Positions 22,989-37,300 of a stretch of DNA of 64,000 nt are shown piece by piece. The notes beneath the pieces were generated by a model. That model ran no database searches. It was given only the letters and a program-made list of their open reading frames with translations, and was not told the origin of the DNA. The position numbers were made by a program, and so were the translations under genes. The stretch comes from Octopus vulgaris. Lineage: Eukaryota. The stretch covers positions 142,104,001 through 142,168,000 of the forward strand of contig OX597818.1 in the NCBI GenBank assembly GCA_951406725.2, read 5' to 3'. The stretch's first letter is position 1; the number at the start of each line of letters is the position of its first letter.

Positions 22989-24249
22989 CAGGGTTGGACA
23001 AAATAATGGAAACACCTAGCATCATAGCATCATAATTTTGAAATATCTATAAAACCATCAAAAGCTTGTTTATTTTTATGGTTTTTGATTCATTATTAGT
23101 GTTGCTTAAAAATGTTTGCTAAAATTGTTGTTTCTTTTTAGATATCATCAGAAAAATGTAATTAAAATTCATTAAAATGACAGATCGATTGGACATTCAA
23201 AGAGGTCAAATTGTTGGTGCTTGTATGGCAGGCACTAATGTAATGAAAACAGCCAAAATGTTTGGTGTATCAAGAAGTACTGTCTCGAAAGTAATGAGAG
23301 CCTTTGAGAAAGAGGGAAAAAACCTCCTTGTTGAAATAAAACTCTGGAAGAAAACTAAAACTTTCAGATAGGAACTGTCAGACTCATGCAAATTGTTAGA
23401 AAGGATCATAAAAGTACAGCTCTCAAAATTACTCCAGAGTTTAATGACACCTCAAGAACCCAGTTTCCACAAAACCTGTTTGCCAGGAGATGCAGAAAGC
23501 CAGATTTCACAGGTGGGCTGCAATCAGATAACCACTACTTTCAAAAAGAAACATTGCAAAATGTTTAGAGTGGAGTAAAAACCTACAGAATTGGTTCCTA
23601 GAGCAGTGGAAGAATGTTATTTTCTTAGATGAGTCATCCTTTACCTTATTTCTGACCATTGGCTGAGTATATGTGTGGAGACAGCCAAAAGAATCATTTG
23701 ACCCAGACTGACTTCTTCCAAATGTTAAACATGGAGGAGGATCTGTGATGATCTGGTGGGGCTATATCTTGGAAATCTGCTGGCCTAATGGTTTCCCTTT
23801 ATGGTAGAATTAATAGTCAGGACTATTTATGCATTTATCTGATAAAATTTATCCTATGGTTGCGGAACTGTTTCCGGAGGTTAACACAATCTTTCAGGAT
23901 GATAATGCACCAATTCACACAGCTAAAGTTGTTACTAAATGGCACGAAGAACATTCTATTGAAGTTGAACATCTTAGGCCACCACAGATCTCGATATTAT
24001 TGATCATTTATGGTGTATTTTAGAAAACAAGTAAGGAGTCGATATCCTCCACCATCATCACTACAAAAACTGGAGACTGTTTTAGCTGAAGAAAGGGCAA
24101 AAATTCCTTTGGAAACAATTCAAACTTTGTACGAATTCATAGAATTCTTAGAATTCAAGCTCTAACTACTGCCAAAGGCGGTCCTACCCCATATTAAAAT
24201 TAATTTGTTTGAAATTTTAAGGTGTTTCCATTATTTTGTCCAGCCCCAG
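22989..24249 (+). mobile_element. Near full-length decayed Tc1-family DNA transposon
   Basis: TA|CAGGGTTGGACAAAATAATGGAAACACCT...AGGTGTTTCCATTATTTTGTCCAGCCCCAG|TA. Broken transposase: QRGQIVGA..TAKMFGVSRSTVSKV (HTH), FLDESSF, KHGGGSVM, FQDDNAPIH. Frameshifts and stops present. Confidence 0.93.
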
Positions 24250-24539
24250 TATATATATATATATACATATACTTAAAATTGCATCCATCCATACATACAG
24301 GCATGTCGTTTATGGCCATGCCCTTGCTCCCTTACCCAGCTGAGAGATCTTTGCAGCATCCAGCCATAGAAACCATGCTGAAACAGACAAATGGAGCCTG
24401 GACAGCTCCTGTCAAACTGTCCAACACATACCAGCATGGAAAACAGACATTAAACAACTTCCTATTGCCAACCCATACCTGTTTTCCGAGTAATGGAATT
24501 CTGTATTCCACAAATCTTCAAAAGCACAAAGTGACAAAC

Positions 24540-24920
24540 ATCATCATCATTTAGCGTCCGTTTTCCATGCTGGCATGGGTTGGACGGTTCAACTGGGGTC
24601 TGAGAAGCCCGAAGGCTGCATCAGGCCCCAGTCTGATCTGGCAGTGTTTCTACAGCTGGATGCCCTTCCTAACGCCAACCACTCCGTGAGTGTAGTGGGT
24701 GCTTTTTACGTGCCACCCGCACAGGTGCCAGACGGAGCTGGCAAATGGCCACGAACGGATGGTGCTTTCCATGTGCCACCGGCATGGGGGCCAGGTGAGG
24801 CTGGCAAACGGACACAAACAGATGGTGCTTTCCACGTGCCACCGGCACGGGGGCCAGGCGAGGCTGGCAATGGACACGAACGGATGGTGCTTTTACCAGT
24901 CGGGGCGGTGCTGGCAACAT
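24540..24920 (-). mobile_element. 5'-truncated RTE-associated 3'-end repeat with internal tandem units and (GAT)n tail; copies at 1-110, 6845-7070, 43322-43700, 47404-47680, 47885-48150, 49551-49948, 51316-51670, 54648-54787, 56284-56640, 58600-59000, 59965-60222
   Basis: Shared core GAGTGGTTGGCGTTAGGAAGGGCATCCAGCTGTAGAAAC...AACCCATGCTAGCATGGAAA and tail, preceded by a variable number of GGTGGCACGTAAAAGCACC units. Confidence 0.85.
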
Positions 24921-26260
24921 AAAGTCAACAAAGGAATGTCACCATCAGTATCACTTCACTCAAGCCATATCATACAGGACATAGAAACATTCACACAGAC
25001 ACACATATACGACAGGTTTTCTGAAGGTTTCTCTTTACCGAATTCACTCACAAGGCATCGGTTAGTCCAAGACTATAGAAAACATTTACCCAAGCCTGAA
25101 AACAGCATGGCTGCTATGCAAACTTCTGAACTAGACAACCACACCTGTGTTCATGAAGTTGAACATTTGTATGTACACCACAGCAGGTGTCACTGACATT
25201 TCACTTATTATTATTTTTTTTACATGACTTAGCAGTGATGGTCAAAGAGTAATAGCACCCATGACCTTTTCCAGGTCCTACATGACTAATGCAAGAGGAG
25301 CAGAGACAGAAATTATCCTCAGATAGATCTAACCCAAATATTTACAACATGGTCGACTAAAATGATCCAAGGGTCTAGTTATGGTGGTGTTAATCCAGGC
25401 TACATATTAAGTCTACCCCTAAAACATTGTACAGAAGAAAAGTACTCGTTATCTTGCAATTCCTAGTAAGAGTTTTCTTGAAGATGGGAGCGGAGGCAAG
25501 ACTATGTTATCAATTTGCTTTGGTGCTTATGCATGTATATATGTATGTGCATGTATATGCATAAATAGATGTAGATATCTGTATATATACATTAATTAAC
25601 ATAATTATGTGTTTGTGTATATATAAATACATTTGCCTTTCTCTCTCCCTATATATACATTAATATCCATAATTATGTACAAAAGGACTTGAGAAGAACA
25701 TAAAATTTTGAAAATGTTATCTTTCAACACAGCAGAATTCTGTTCTTTTACTTATCTAATTCCATGAATTGGCATATAACACATACGCACACTTATAAAC
25801 ATGGTGTGTATAATTCATCTAAAAGTCCATAAGTCAGGAAAAAGATGCCCTTGTATATCTGTCAATAGAGTGGGTATATTATCTGTATATATATATATCC
25901 ATCACGGCTGATCTTACCAACTGGTTTTGCACTAAGGCTATGACAGAGTGTTAGGTAACAATCTGATTATATAACTCTACACTCATCAGAGGAACCCAAT
26001 ATGGAAAGAAATATGGTGACTGCTACAGTGTTCTATACCACTGAGTAAAGCTTATGCAATATAATCTTACATAACTGTGTTAAGATATAGACACTAAATA
26101 CATGTGGAGATACAAATTTTAATAAGTAAGTAGTTAAAAAAATTATTTTTATATTATGATTCATTATTATGCCTATATTTTTCATTTCTGTGAATGTATG
26201 CATGTGTGATTTTATATATGATAAAACAACCCAAAGAGACAACTGGTATGTGTGTGTGTG

Positions 26261-26292
<32 letters not shown>

Positions 26293-26667
26293 CTTTTACT
26301 TGTTTCAGTCATTGTTGGAGCACCACCTTGAAAAGTTTTAGTCAAACAAATCGACCCCAGGACTTTTTTTAAAGCCTAGTACTTACTCTATTGGTCTATT
26401 TTGTTGAACTGCTAAATTACAGGGACATAACCACACCAACACTGGTAGTCAAGCAGTGATGAGGGGACAAACACAGACACACAAACACACACACACATAT
26501 ATATATATACATACATACACACACACACATGATGAGCTTCTTTCAGTTTCCATCTACCAAATCCACTCACAAGGCTATAGTAGAAGACACTTGCCCAAGG
26601 TGCCATGCAGTGGGATTGAACCTGGACCATGTTGGGAAGCTTCTTACCACACAGCCATGACTGTACC

Positions 26668-26702
<35 letters not shown>

Positions 26703-29437
26703 ACATATGAGCTATCAGTTTCTTTATTACCCACAAGGGGCTAAACATAGAAGGGGACAAACAAGGACAGACAAAGGGATTAAGTCAATTACATCGACCC
26801 CAGGGCGTAATTGTTACTTAATTTATCGACCCCCGAAAGGATGAAAGGCAAAGTTGACCTCAGCAGAATTTGAACTCGGAACGTAACGGCAGACGAAATA
26901 TGGCTATGCATCTCGCCTGGCGTGCTAACGTTTCTGCCAGCTTGCCGCCTTCATACATATTTGCTATCTTAAAGATAATATTTTGGCAGTGACAGGCTTT
27001 TACATGTTGTTGTTTAGTGTATATATTTGTATGGAAGTGGGTAAATAATGAAGTACATGAAACTGGAGGAATAAATGAGAGAGGAAGCATTAAGAATCGC
27101 TGATGTGAAGGATTCGTTGTCGGATAGGAACACAGATGGCAATGTGCTTCTTTTTTTATTTATTTATTTTTTTTTTACCTTAGCTCCAAGTCAGAGTGGA
27201 TTAATCAGACAAGTAATAAAGGCCTTTAATCATGACTATCCATTACAGTAAAATTGAGCAAAATCTTGTGTAAAATTCTGAAATGTATGAGTCTTAATAA
27301 TGAGATACTGAAACCCAGCGATGATTTACTGTAAAGGAGACTTGCATGTAGATATTGGAAACCAGGCCTTTAAGGGTCCTTCTGTAAGTTACAAGAGAAC
27401 AGCTACAATTTGAAACAAGCTGTGATCATCCTTAAGCTAGCTGACATCTAAACAACTACAATAAAGCAAATAGCTTTCATATCAAACAAAGGAACTGTCC
27501 AAATACGTATGTGTGCATGTTCAAGCATGATTGTGTGTGATTTAATAGCTATATCCATTAGTAGTTGTGCTTTTATTTCAGGCCATTTACACCACACACA
27601 CACACTCTCCTCCACTGCAGTTCAATCTCTATTTCATTAAATGTTGGAGCAACTAATAAAACTCCATGTCTAACCATGAGTTCTCAACAGCAATGAGTTA
27701 TAAGTTTGTCTGTTGGGTTTGTCTTTCAGTACTAAATGTCTAAGATAAAGGCCATTGTTTACAATTGCATATAATAATAATAAGAAGGAGAAAAAGAAGT
27801 GTTTAAAGGGCTGGGATTTTGAAGGGTGGTTTTAGGTGATTAAATTAATCCCAGTACTTGATTAGTAGTTTCTCTTACTGACCCAGGAGGATAGATCAAA
27901 GTTGACTTTGGCGAAATTTGAACTCAGAATGTAAAGAGTCACACCAAATTGCCACAAGACATTTTGTGCAATGTGTTAACAAATTTATCAATTCACTACC
28001 TTCTTAATAATAATAAGGATTTCAAATTTTGGCACAAGGCCAGCAATTTCGGGGGAGGGGGTAAGTAAGCTGATTACATCAATCCCAATGCTTAACTGGT
28101 ACTCGTTTTATCGATGATGAAAGGATGAAAGGTAAAGTTGACCTCTGCTGAATTTGAACTTAGAATGTCAAGGCAGACAACATGCCGCTAAGCATTTTGC
28201 TCGGCATGCTAACAATTCTGCCAGCTTGCTGCCTTAATAATGATAATAATCAAACCCAATATAAGAGTAAATCATAGCATTATAATAGCAATAGCGTCTT
28301 ACAATAAATACAACAGTGAAAGATAATAGCAGACTAAACTGATCCTTTGGACTGAATAGGGCCCTGTAGGGAGTATAACAAGAATTTAAAGAAAATAATA
28401 AGCATTTTCACTGTTCGAGATTTACACACATGCACACACACAGACATATTACTACATCCAAATCTTCAAATTTCCCCCAATGGAGCATAGATTAGCAAAT
28501 CATTGAGGTTTTTCCTGAAAGACATTATAGTCCTAAATCAAATGAAAATACTTCTGCTAAAAAGTGAAACTAGTTTTTAAATTTTGCTGTTGGTTCTTTG
28601 TTAACTCTGTAAAGCTCAGTCAATATTTAACTAGTATCATCGACAGCTTATTTAGACTCAAGATCAGCATTTTGTTGAGGAGAATTGCAATATTGTTGAT
28701 TGAAACAAAATTAGTTTATTACTGGTAAGAATTTTGTTAACACTGAAGAGTTGGAAGATCATGGCAAGATTCAAATTCAGAGTATGGAGTACCTACATAT
28801 TTTAAAAGCATGTACATTTTCTTCAATATTTTGCCAGATTTTTGCATACATTTGTCTGTTGTGTGTGGCCATGGTCTTTAAGAATATATAGGAATTACCA
28901 TTGGTTGTTATGTTTGGCCAGAGACATCATCATCTTTTAACATCCATCTTCCATGTTGGTATGATTAGGAATAAATGGAAATTAAGATTACCTTAGCTCT
29001 AATCTAGCAGCAACTGCATCTAATAGATTATCCAAGTTGCATAAAATTATATGCATACTATCTTTGGAGCTGCTAGCAAACTAAGGCAGCAAACTGGTGT
29101 TGAATGAGTCTCAGTTGGGACTATTGTTGCCGTTAATGCAAATATAATCTGTAGCTTCTGTAGGAATAGTCTCAGTAGGAATGATATATGAAGAAAAAAT
29201 ATTCCTAGTAGTACCCCAATGACCAACATTGTGTCAACTATGCCTTTGTAAGAATACATGAATGGAAGCATGATCTAATTAAAATGGAAAACTGCTTCAA
29301 ATACATATACAGTTTAGTACTAATGTTAAGAAAGTTTAAAACAAGTGAGAGGTAGCATGGTTAAGTGAGCTACATTCACTATTTAATTTTAATATTTAGT
29401 AATAACTTGATATTCTAAATGGAATTATATAGAGGAG

Positions 29438-29472
<35 letters not shown>

Positions 29473-30571
29473 CCATCTTACAAACAATAACTCTGAGCAC
29501 CTTTTCAAACTCCACCCATCTAACACCCGTGGACATATTTACAAAGTCAGAAAACAGCACAGCTCCCATGACTTCAGGAAACATTTTTTCACGCTGAGAG
29601 TTGCTGAAGCATGGAACAAACTACCGGCATCAGTTGTTAGTTGTCGGAGCACAGCATCCTTCAAAACTTCCATGCTTTCTGAGATTCGCCAACACTACAC
29701 CTGATTTTCTCCCCTCCATACAAACACAGGCATTTTCTCCCCTCCATACACACACTGACTCATGCATTGTTTGCTTTCCAGACATTTTTACATTACTGCA
29801 TATGCTTTATATGCACTTTCTGACAAGTTGTGGTGCACCTGAGCACTGTATACAAAAATTTCATTATTATATAATAAAAAAATCAAAAGATGTTAACAGT
29901 TTACTTGAAAATACTCCTTAACTTCTTTACTGAAAAACAATGAAATGAAATCCAATTATACACAACTGGCTGGCAGTTACATTGAGAAAGGAGAATTCCA
30001 TTCTCCAAAATGTTACACAGTTGGCCAATATGCATTCTATGAGGTCATTATTTTGCTGAAACCATAATGATTAACAAGACTTTTCAAAAGTTACATACAT
30101 GCACATGTAGACATACACAAATACAAACATGTATCCCAGATACTGTGCAGAAGTTTGAAGCATATGATAGCATTATCCTGAGTGCTTGACACTTAATTCA
30201 AGGGTTAAATGATGTGTGCAAATGCACACAGACACAGATACACACACATATACACACAAATGCGCATATATAAATAATTGGAAGACTTGCTACAAGGTCA
30301 GGTCGTGTATGTTTCCTTTATATCATTTATCAAATGTTGACTCTCTCTCTCTGGTTTTTGCATTGTATTTATTTGATCATTGTCTCAAAAATTGCATAAT
30401 TTGTTGTGTGAATACTTGATTAGTACTTTTGGTGAAAAATATCTTGCAGAGAATGGATACGCCTTGTGTGCACATTTTTGTTAATGTTAGTTCTTATGTC
30501 GGGTTACAATAAAAACAATTTGACATTAAACTGAAGGATTACTCAATACTTTCTGCACAGTATGTATCTAT

Positions 30572-30697
30572 TATACTTTTACAAGAGGGTGACAGTAACT
30601 TCGAAGTTTGGGCTTGCCAGCCTTCATCAGACAGTCTGATGAAAGCTAGCAGACTAAAAATTCAAAGTCACATCATCACTTTTCTTATAAAAGTGTA
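30572..30697. repeat. Fold-back with degenerate hammerhead motifs on both arms; same family as 8925-9065
   Basis: Centre catcagac-a-gtctgatg, with CTGATGA on both strands. Upstream aaaacaattt(g)..cattaa..tga..attactc.atacttt is shared with 8925-8970. Confidence 0.65.
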
Positions 30698-30734
<37 letters not shown>

Positions 30735-31366
30735 TTATTTTTTCTCTATTTTCCTCAGCCGTTAGACTGAGGCCATGCTGGGGCACTGCTTTGAACAATT
30801 TCCTTTAGTTGAATGAATCGATCCCAGTACTTTTTTAAAGCCTGGTACTTATTTTATCAGTCTCTTTTGCTGAACTGCTAAGTTATGGGAATGCAAACAC
30901 ACCAACACCGGTTGTTAAGTGGTGGTAGAGGAACAGACACAAAGACACACACACACACACATATACAATGGGTTTGTCTCAGTTTCCATCTACCATATCC
31001 ACTCACAAGGTTTTAGTTGGCTCTAGGCTATAGTAAAAGACACTTGCCCAAGGTGCCACGGTGGACTGAACCCAGAACCATGTAGTTTGGAAGCAAGCTT
31101 CTTACCACACATACCCTTCATATAATAATGGATGATGCTGTGAATATACTTTTGTCACTGTGGTAATATGTTGCTGTGATTATTTTTTTAAAAATATTTT
31201 CAAATTTTATGGTGCTTATAAAAAAATAATGAAATGTATAGTAATTTTCAAAGTATAAAAAACTAAAAAAAGATATTTCTCATTTATAATAACTATGTAA
31301 ACAACGACAATGACACTGTCTAACTATCAGTAAATTACAGGTGCAACATTGTTTGATATTACCCAT

Positions 31367-34300
31367 AGTAGCAACGATATAGTCCCAATATCATTTATCT
31401 ATAATTGGCTAATACGGACATTGATCACCAAGGGAGATAACTTTTAGATCGAAGTTATTCCTCTTTGTATGATGTAATTCAGACACTAACTTGAATATTT
31501 TTTTCTACTCTAGGCACAACGCCCGAAATTTTGTGGGAAGACCCAGTCGATTAGATCGTCCTCAGTACGCAACTGGCACTTAATTTATCGACCCAGAAAG
31601 GATGCAAGGCAAAGAATTTGAACTCAGAACGTAACGGTAGACGAAATACTGCTAAATATTTCTCCTGGTGTGCTAATGATTCTTATTTCTTTATTGCCCA
31701 CAAGGGGCTAAACATAGAGGGGACAAACAAAGACAGACAAAGGGATTAAGTTGATTACATCGACCCCAGTGCACAACTGGTACTTAATTTATCGACCCCA
31801 AAAGGATGAAAGGCAAAGTTGATCTCGGTGGAATTTGAACTCAGAACGTAACGGTAGACGAAATACCGCTATGCATTTCGCCTGGTGCTAATGATTCTGC
31901 CAGCTTGCCACCCTACTAACTTCAATATTAGTGTATAACTGCAGCACGAGACTGTAAGTTGTGTGTGTATGTGTAGCAAGGAGTGGGGGTTGTGACTGAG
32001 ACCGCCAACCCCCGGCCATATATGTATAATAATTAGAATTTGTCAGGATTTAAGCTAGATATGAAGAGACAACAACTAACAATATTGATTTCCTTAATAC
32101 TTCATTAATCAAAAGAACTGTTCAATATTCCTGTGTTTAGTTTACAAAATATTGGTTTCAGATTTTGACACAAGGTCAGCAATTTCGAGGAAGTGGGTAA
32201 GTTGATTATGTCAACCCCATTGTCCAACTGGTACTTATTTTATCAACCTCCATAAGGATGAAAAGTAGAGTTGACCTCGGCAGAATTTGAATTCATAATG
32301 TAGAGACGGGTGGAATGCCACTAAGCATTTTACCCAGCATGCTAACAATTCTGCCAGATATTAGACTTAAGTTTACAAAATATTTCAAATCTAAATTCAA
32401 CATAATATATAATAAAATGCTGACTGCAATATTTAAACTCAAAAGTATATTGTATTATCCCAGTCTATTGATACTGATTTCTGATATAGGTTCATGACCT
32501 CAAATTTTAGGTGTAGCTAATTACATCACCTTCAGTACTCAGATTGGTATTTTATTTTACTGAGCCTGGAAAGATGAAAGGCAAAATGTTGACTTCAGTG
32601 GAATTTGAACTCAGGAAGTAAAATGTCATAAGCAAATACCACAAAATGTTTTACCAATTTTGCCAATCCATCAGCTTGTTATAATTATTAGTCTAATTAC
32701 TAAATTCTTATAAAAGGCATATACTACCTATGTAGAATCAGAACTAAAGACCAATAAGACTGGAATTACCACTGGAAAGAAATTGATAGCTCTAAACTGC
32801 TAGCAGTTAAGATAATAGACGCATGCTTTCTATCAATAATAGTACCACAGGCAATAATCCAGAAGAAAAAAAATAACCAGATTAGTAGGGTTTCTTATAA
32901 GGTATATGTAGATTGGGCAAAGCAAGAAAGAACAATGTATTCACGTTTAACATTAATGCAAGAAAGAAAGAAACGAACATCTATATTCTCAGGAGGTCCT
33001 TATATACCCCTTTACCCAGCTTCAAATCGAAACTGTGCAAGCAGAGGTCGAATGACATAAAATGAATGTGCTTACAGTTTGGCAGGATTAAAAAGAAAGC
33101 ATTCAATTTCTTTCCTCCCCATTTATATGTTAGAAGCACTTTGATTTGCTAGAATTCCAGAGACAATAATCTAAGCTGTAGACAACTAAATGCAGGAAGT
33201 AATTTTGCCTCTTAAGGTAAAGAATCACAGGAGGCAGTGCTTCTGTAATGTTATTTGTATTGAAGTGAATGCCTTATTTTAATTGAAGAAATGTGAAAGG
33301 TAAAGGTGTGTGATTGGGCTCCAAGAATGCAAAAACATTAACCCAATACTAAGCTTTTTTGAAAATGCATTGAAAGCATATCCCCAAAATATGACTAATA
33401 TGAGAAAGAGCCACAACCTGGTTATGACATTCTCATATGATATTAGTACAAAGTTTGGATAAAATAGATGTTCCTACCTGATTGCAGGTAGGAATACAGA
33501 AACATCTATCTATCATCTGCAAACTAGTGTTTCTCTCTCAATAGCCTGACTATTTTTCCTATATCTGATGAGGAAGAGATGGATGAAATTTATATCCTAT
33601 GATGACATTTGCCACAAGGATCATATATCCAGGATATATTACATCTCAGGGAACAAAATAAGGCCCTTGAAGCTCTCTGCACACAATAAACCAATAGTCC
33701 ATAACATATGTGTTTTCTGTACCGATACTCAAATTAACAGTTGGTTTACTAAATAGAAGGGACCAATGCTATTGATAAAACCTCAGACACTAGTAAATAC
33801 CTATTTCTTTATTACCCACAAGGGGCTAAACACAGAGGGGACAAACAAGGACAGACATAGGTATTAAGTTGATTACATCGACCCCAGTGCGTAACTGGTA
33901 CTTATTTATCGACCCCGAAAGGATGAAAGGCAAAGTTTACCTCAGCAGAATTTGAACTCAGAACGTAGCGTCAGACGAAATACCTATTTCTTTATTACCC
34001 ACAAGGGGCTAAACACAGAGGGGACAAACAAGGACAGACATAGGTATTAAGTTGATTACATCGACCCCAGTGCGTAACTGGTACTTAATTTATCGACCCC
34101 GAAGATGAAAGGCAATGAAAGGCAAACGTAGCCACGAACGGATGGTGCTTTTATGTGCCACCGGCATGGGGGCCAGGTGAGGCTGGCAAACGGACACAAA
34201 CAGATGGTGCTTTCCACGTGCCACCGGCACGGGGGCCAGGCGAGGCTGGCAATGGACACGAACGGATGGTGCTTTTACCAGTCGGGGCCGCAACTTTATT

Positions 34301-37300
34301 ACCCACAAGGGGCTAAACACAGAGGGGACAAACAAGGACAGACATAGGTATTAAGTTGATTACATCGACCCCGAGTGAAAGGCGTAACTGGTACTTGAAC
34401 TCATCGACCCCGAAAGAATGAAAGGCAAAGTTGACCTCGGCGGAAGTTGAACTCACATGACCCCAGTGCTTGGTACTTAATTCATCGACCGTAAATGAAT
34501 GAAAGGCAAAGTGCCTCAGACGAAATACCAGACTAAGACATTTACACCCGGCGTGCAAATGCGCATAGGACGTAATTGGAAGACCAGCTACAAGGTCAGG
34601 TACTATGTTTCCTTTAATACAAAGTCGACCTCACAGAATTTCTATAATGTCACTTACCTTTGGTTTTTGCATTGTAATTTGAAAAAAAAGGACATAATTT
34701 GTTGTGTGAATATTGATTAGTACTTTTGGTAAAAATATCTTGAAGAATGGATACGCCTTGTGTGCAATTTTTGCAGACGAAAGTTTTAGTCGGGTTAAAT
34801 AAAAACAATTTGACATTAAACTGAAGGATTACTCAATACTTTCTGCACAGTATGTATCAACCAATTTGTCAAATAATATTCCTTTAACAGCTTCTAATAA
34901 GTATTAATCACCACAGGACATTCACAGAACATGAGAAATTGGCACATATTCTAATTTTAATACTGGAACTGTAATTTTAAATGTACATTTGTGATTAATG
35001 CGGTACATGATTATGTCACTAACTGCCCTGTACCAGTTTTGAGAAGTCGGGCTTCACAAAACCAGAAAGGACACAGCTAATTAGAAAACTGCAGTTACAA
35101 AGCTGTTAATGAAATTATAACAAATATGTAAAAATATAAAAATTTTTTTCCAGAACTTTAGCCAGCAGGATGTACAAATAAACGCATACAGACATGCAAA
35201 CGTATATATACATAAGTCAAAGTATACATATGTACACATGCAATGACCTGCATGCATGCAAACACACACACACACACACATAATAACTACCTAGGTGATG
35301 TCTGAATTCAAATGAAAGAAGTCGTGTTTCCGGGTTGGAGATTGGCTCTTTCTCCATTAGAAATATTCGCAAATAAAACCAAAAGAACATAAATACATAC
35401 AGTACATTGGTTTTATATGGTACTTCTTGAAATATAAGTTTATATTTCTCAAAAGAACAGAGAAATAATAAGTTTCCTGAAGATTTCATGCAAAAACAGT
35501 AGGGTGAGGTTTTTTTCTTTTTATATATATATATAAAAACATGATTCTGATGAAGTGATGGAAGGGAAACAACTTATGATGGCTTGATACAATAGATAGT
35601 CATGATGTTGTCTGTAGACAAGAAAAGGTCCCATGAATTTCTTTTTGTGTGTGTTTTGAAGCAAGCTTCTTTGTGGTTTTTTTTCTACTTTTTGGAGCAC
35701 TTTGTTTTTTTATGAGAAACTAATAATTTGGACAATTCAAAACAAGATCAAATTTTTGGAGTAACAGTAGTAGTGAAACGTAGTATTTCTTTTATTATTA
35801 TTATATTTTTCTCATTTGGCTCTATATAAACCAATGTAATTCTTTTTTCAAAAAGAAGGTTAAGTTGATACCCCAACCCTAGTAGCAACGATATAGTCCC
35901 AATATCATTTATCAACCCGAATGGTAAACGGACATTGATCACCAAGGGAGATAACTTTTAGATCCCAGTTATTCCTCTTTGTATGATGTAATTCAGACAC
36001 TAACTTGAATATTTTTTTCTACTCTAGGCACAACGCCCGAAATTTTGTGGGAAGACCCAGTCGATTAGATCGTCCTCGAGTACGCAACTGGTACTCAATT
36101 TATCGACCCAGAAAGGATGCAAGGCAAAGAATTTGAACTCAGAACGTAACGGTAGACGAAATACTAGTAGTAAATATTTCTCCTGGTGTGCTAATGATTC
36201 TTATTTCTTTATTGCCCACAAGGGGCTAAACATAGAGGGGACAAACATTAAGACAGACAAAGGGATTAAGTTGATTACATCGACCCCAGTGCACAACTGT
36301 TGTAATTTATCGACCCCAAAAGGATGAAAGGCAAAGTTGATCTCGGTGGAATTTGAACTCAAACGTAACGGTAGACGAAATACCGCTATGCATTTCGCCT
36401 GGTGCTAATGATTCTGCCAGCTTGCCACCCTACTAACTTCAATATTAGTGTATAACTGCAGCACGAGACTGTAAGTTGTGTGTGTATGTGTAGCAAGGAG
36501 TGGGGGTTGTGACTGAGGCCTCCGACCCCCAGCCATATATGTATAATAATTAGAATTTGTCAGGATTTAAGCTAGATACGAGGGGACAACAACTAACAAT
36601 ATTGATTTCCTTAATACTTCATTAATCAAAAGAACTGTTCAATATTCCTGTGTTTAGTTTTACAAAATATTGGTTTCAGATTTTGACACAAGGTCAGCAA
36701 TTTCGAGGAAGTGGGTAAGTTGATTATGTCAACCCCATTGTCCAACTGGTACTTATTTTATCAACCTCCATAAGGATGAAAGTAGAGTTGACCTCGGCAG
36801 AATTTGAATTCATAATGTAGAGACGGGTGGAATGCCACTAAGCATTTTACCCAGCATGCTAACAATTCTGCCAGATATTAGACTTAAGTTTACAAAATAT
36901 TTCAAATCTAAATTCAACATAATATATAATAAAATGCTGACTGCAATATTTAAACTCAAAAGTATATTGTATTATCCCAGTCTATTGATACTGATTTCTG
37001 ATATAGGTTCATGACCTCAAATTTTAGGTGTAGCTAATTACATCACCTTCAGTACTCAGATTGGTATTTTATTTTACTGAGCCTGGAAAGATGAAAGGCA
37101 AAATGTTGACTTCAGTGGAATTTGAACTCAGGAAGTAAAATGTCATAAGCAAATACCACAAAATGTTTTACCAATTTTGCCAATCCATCAACTTGTTATA
37201 ATTATTAGTCTAATTACTAAATTCTTATAAAAGGCATATACTACCTATGTAGAATCAGAACTAAAGACCAATAAGACTGGAATTACCACTGGAAAGAAAT

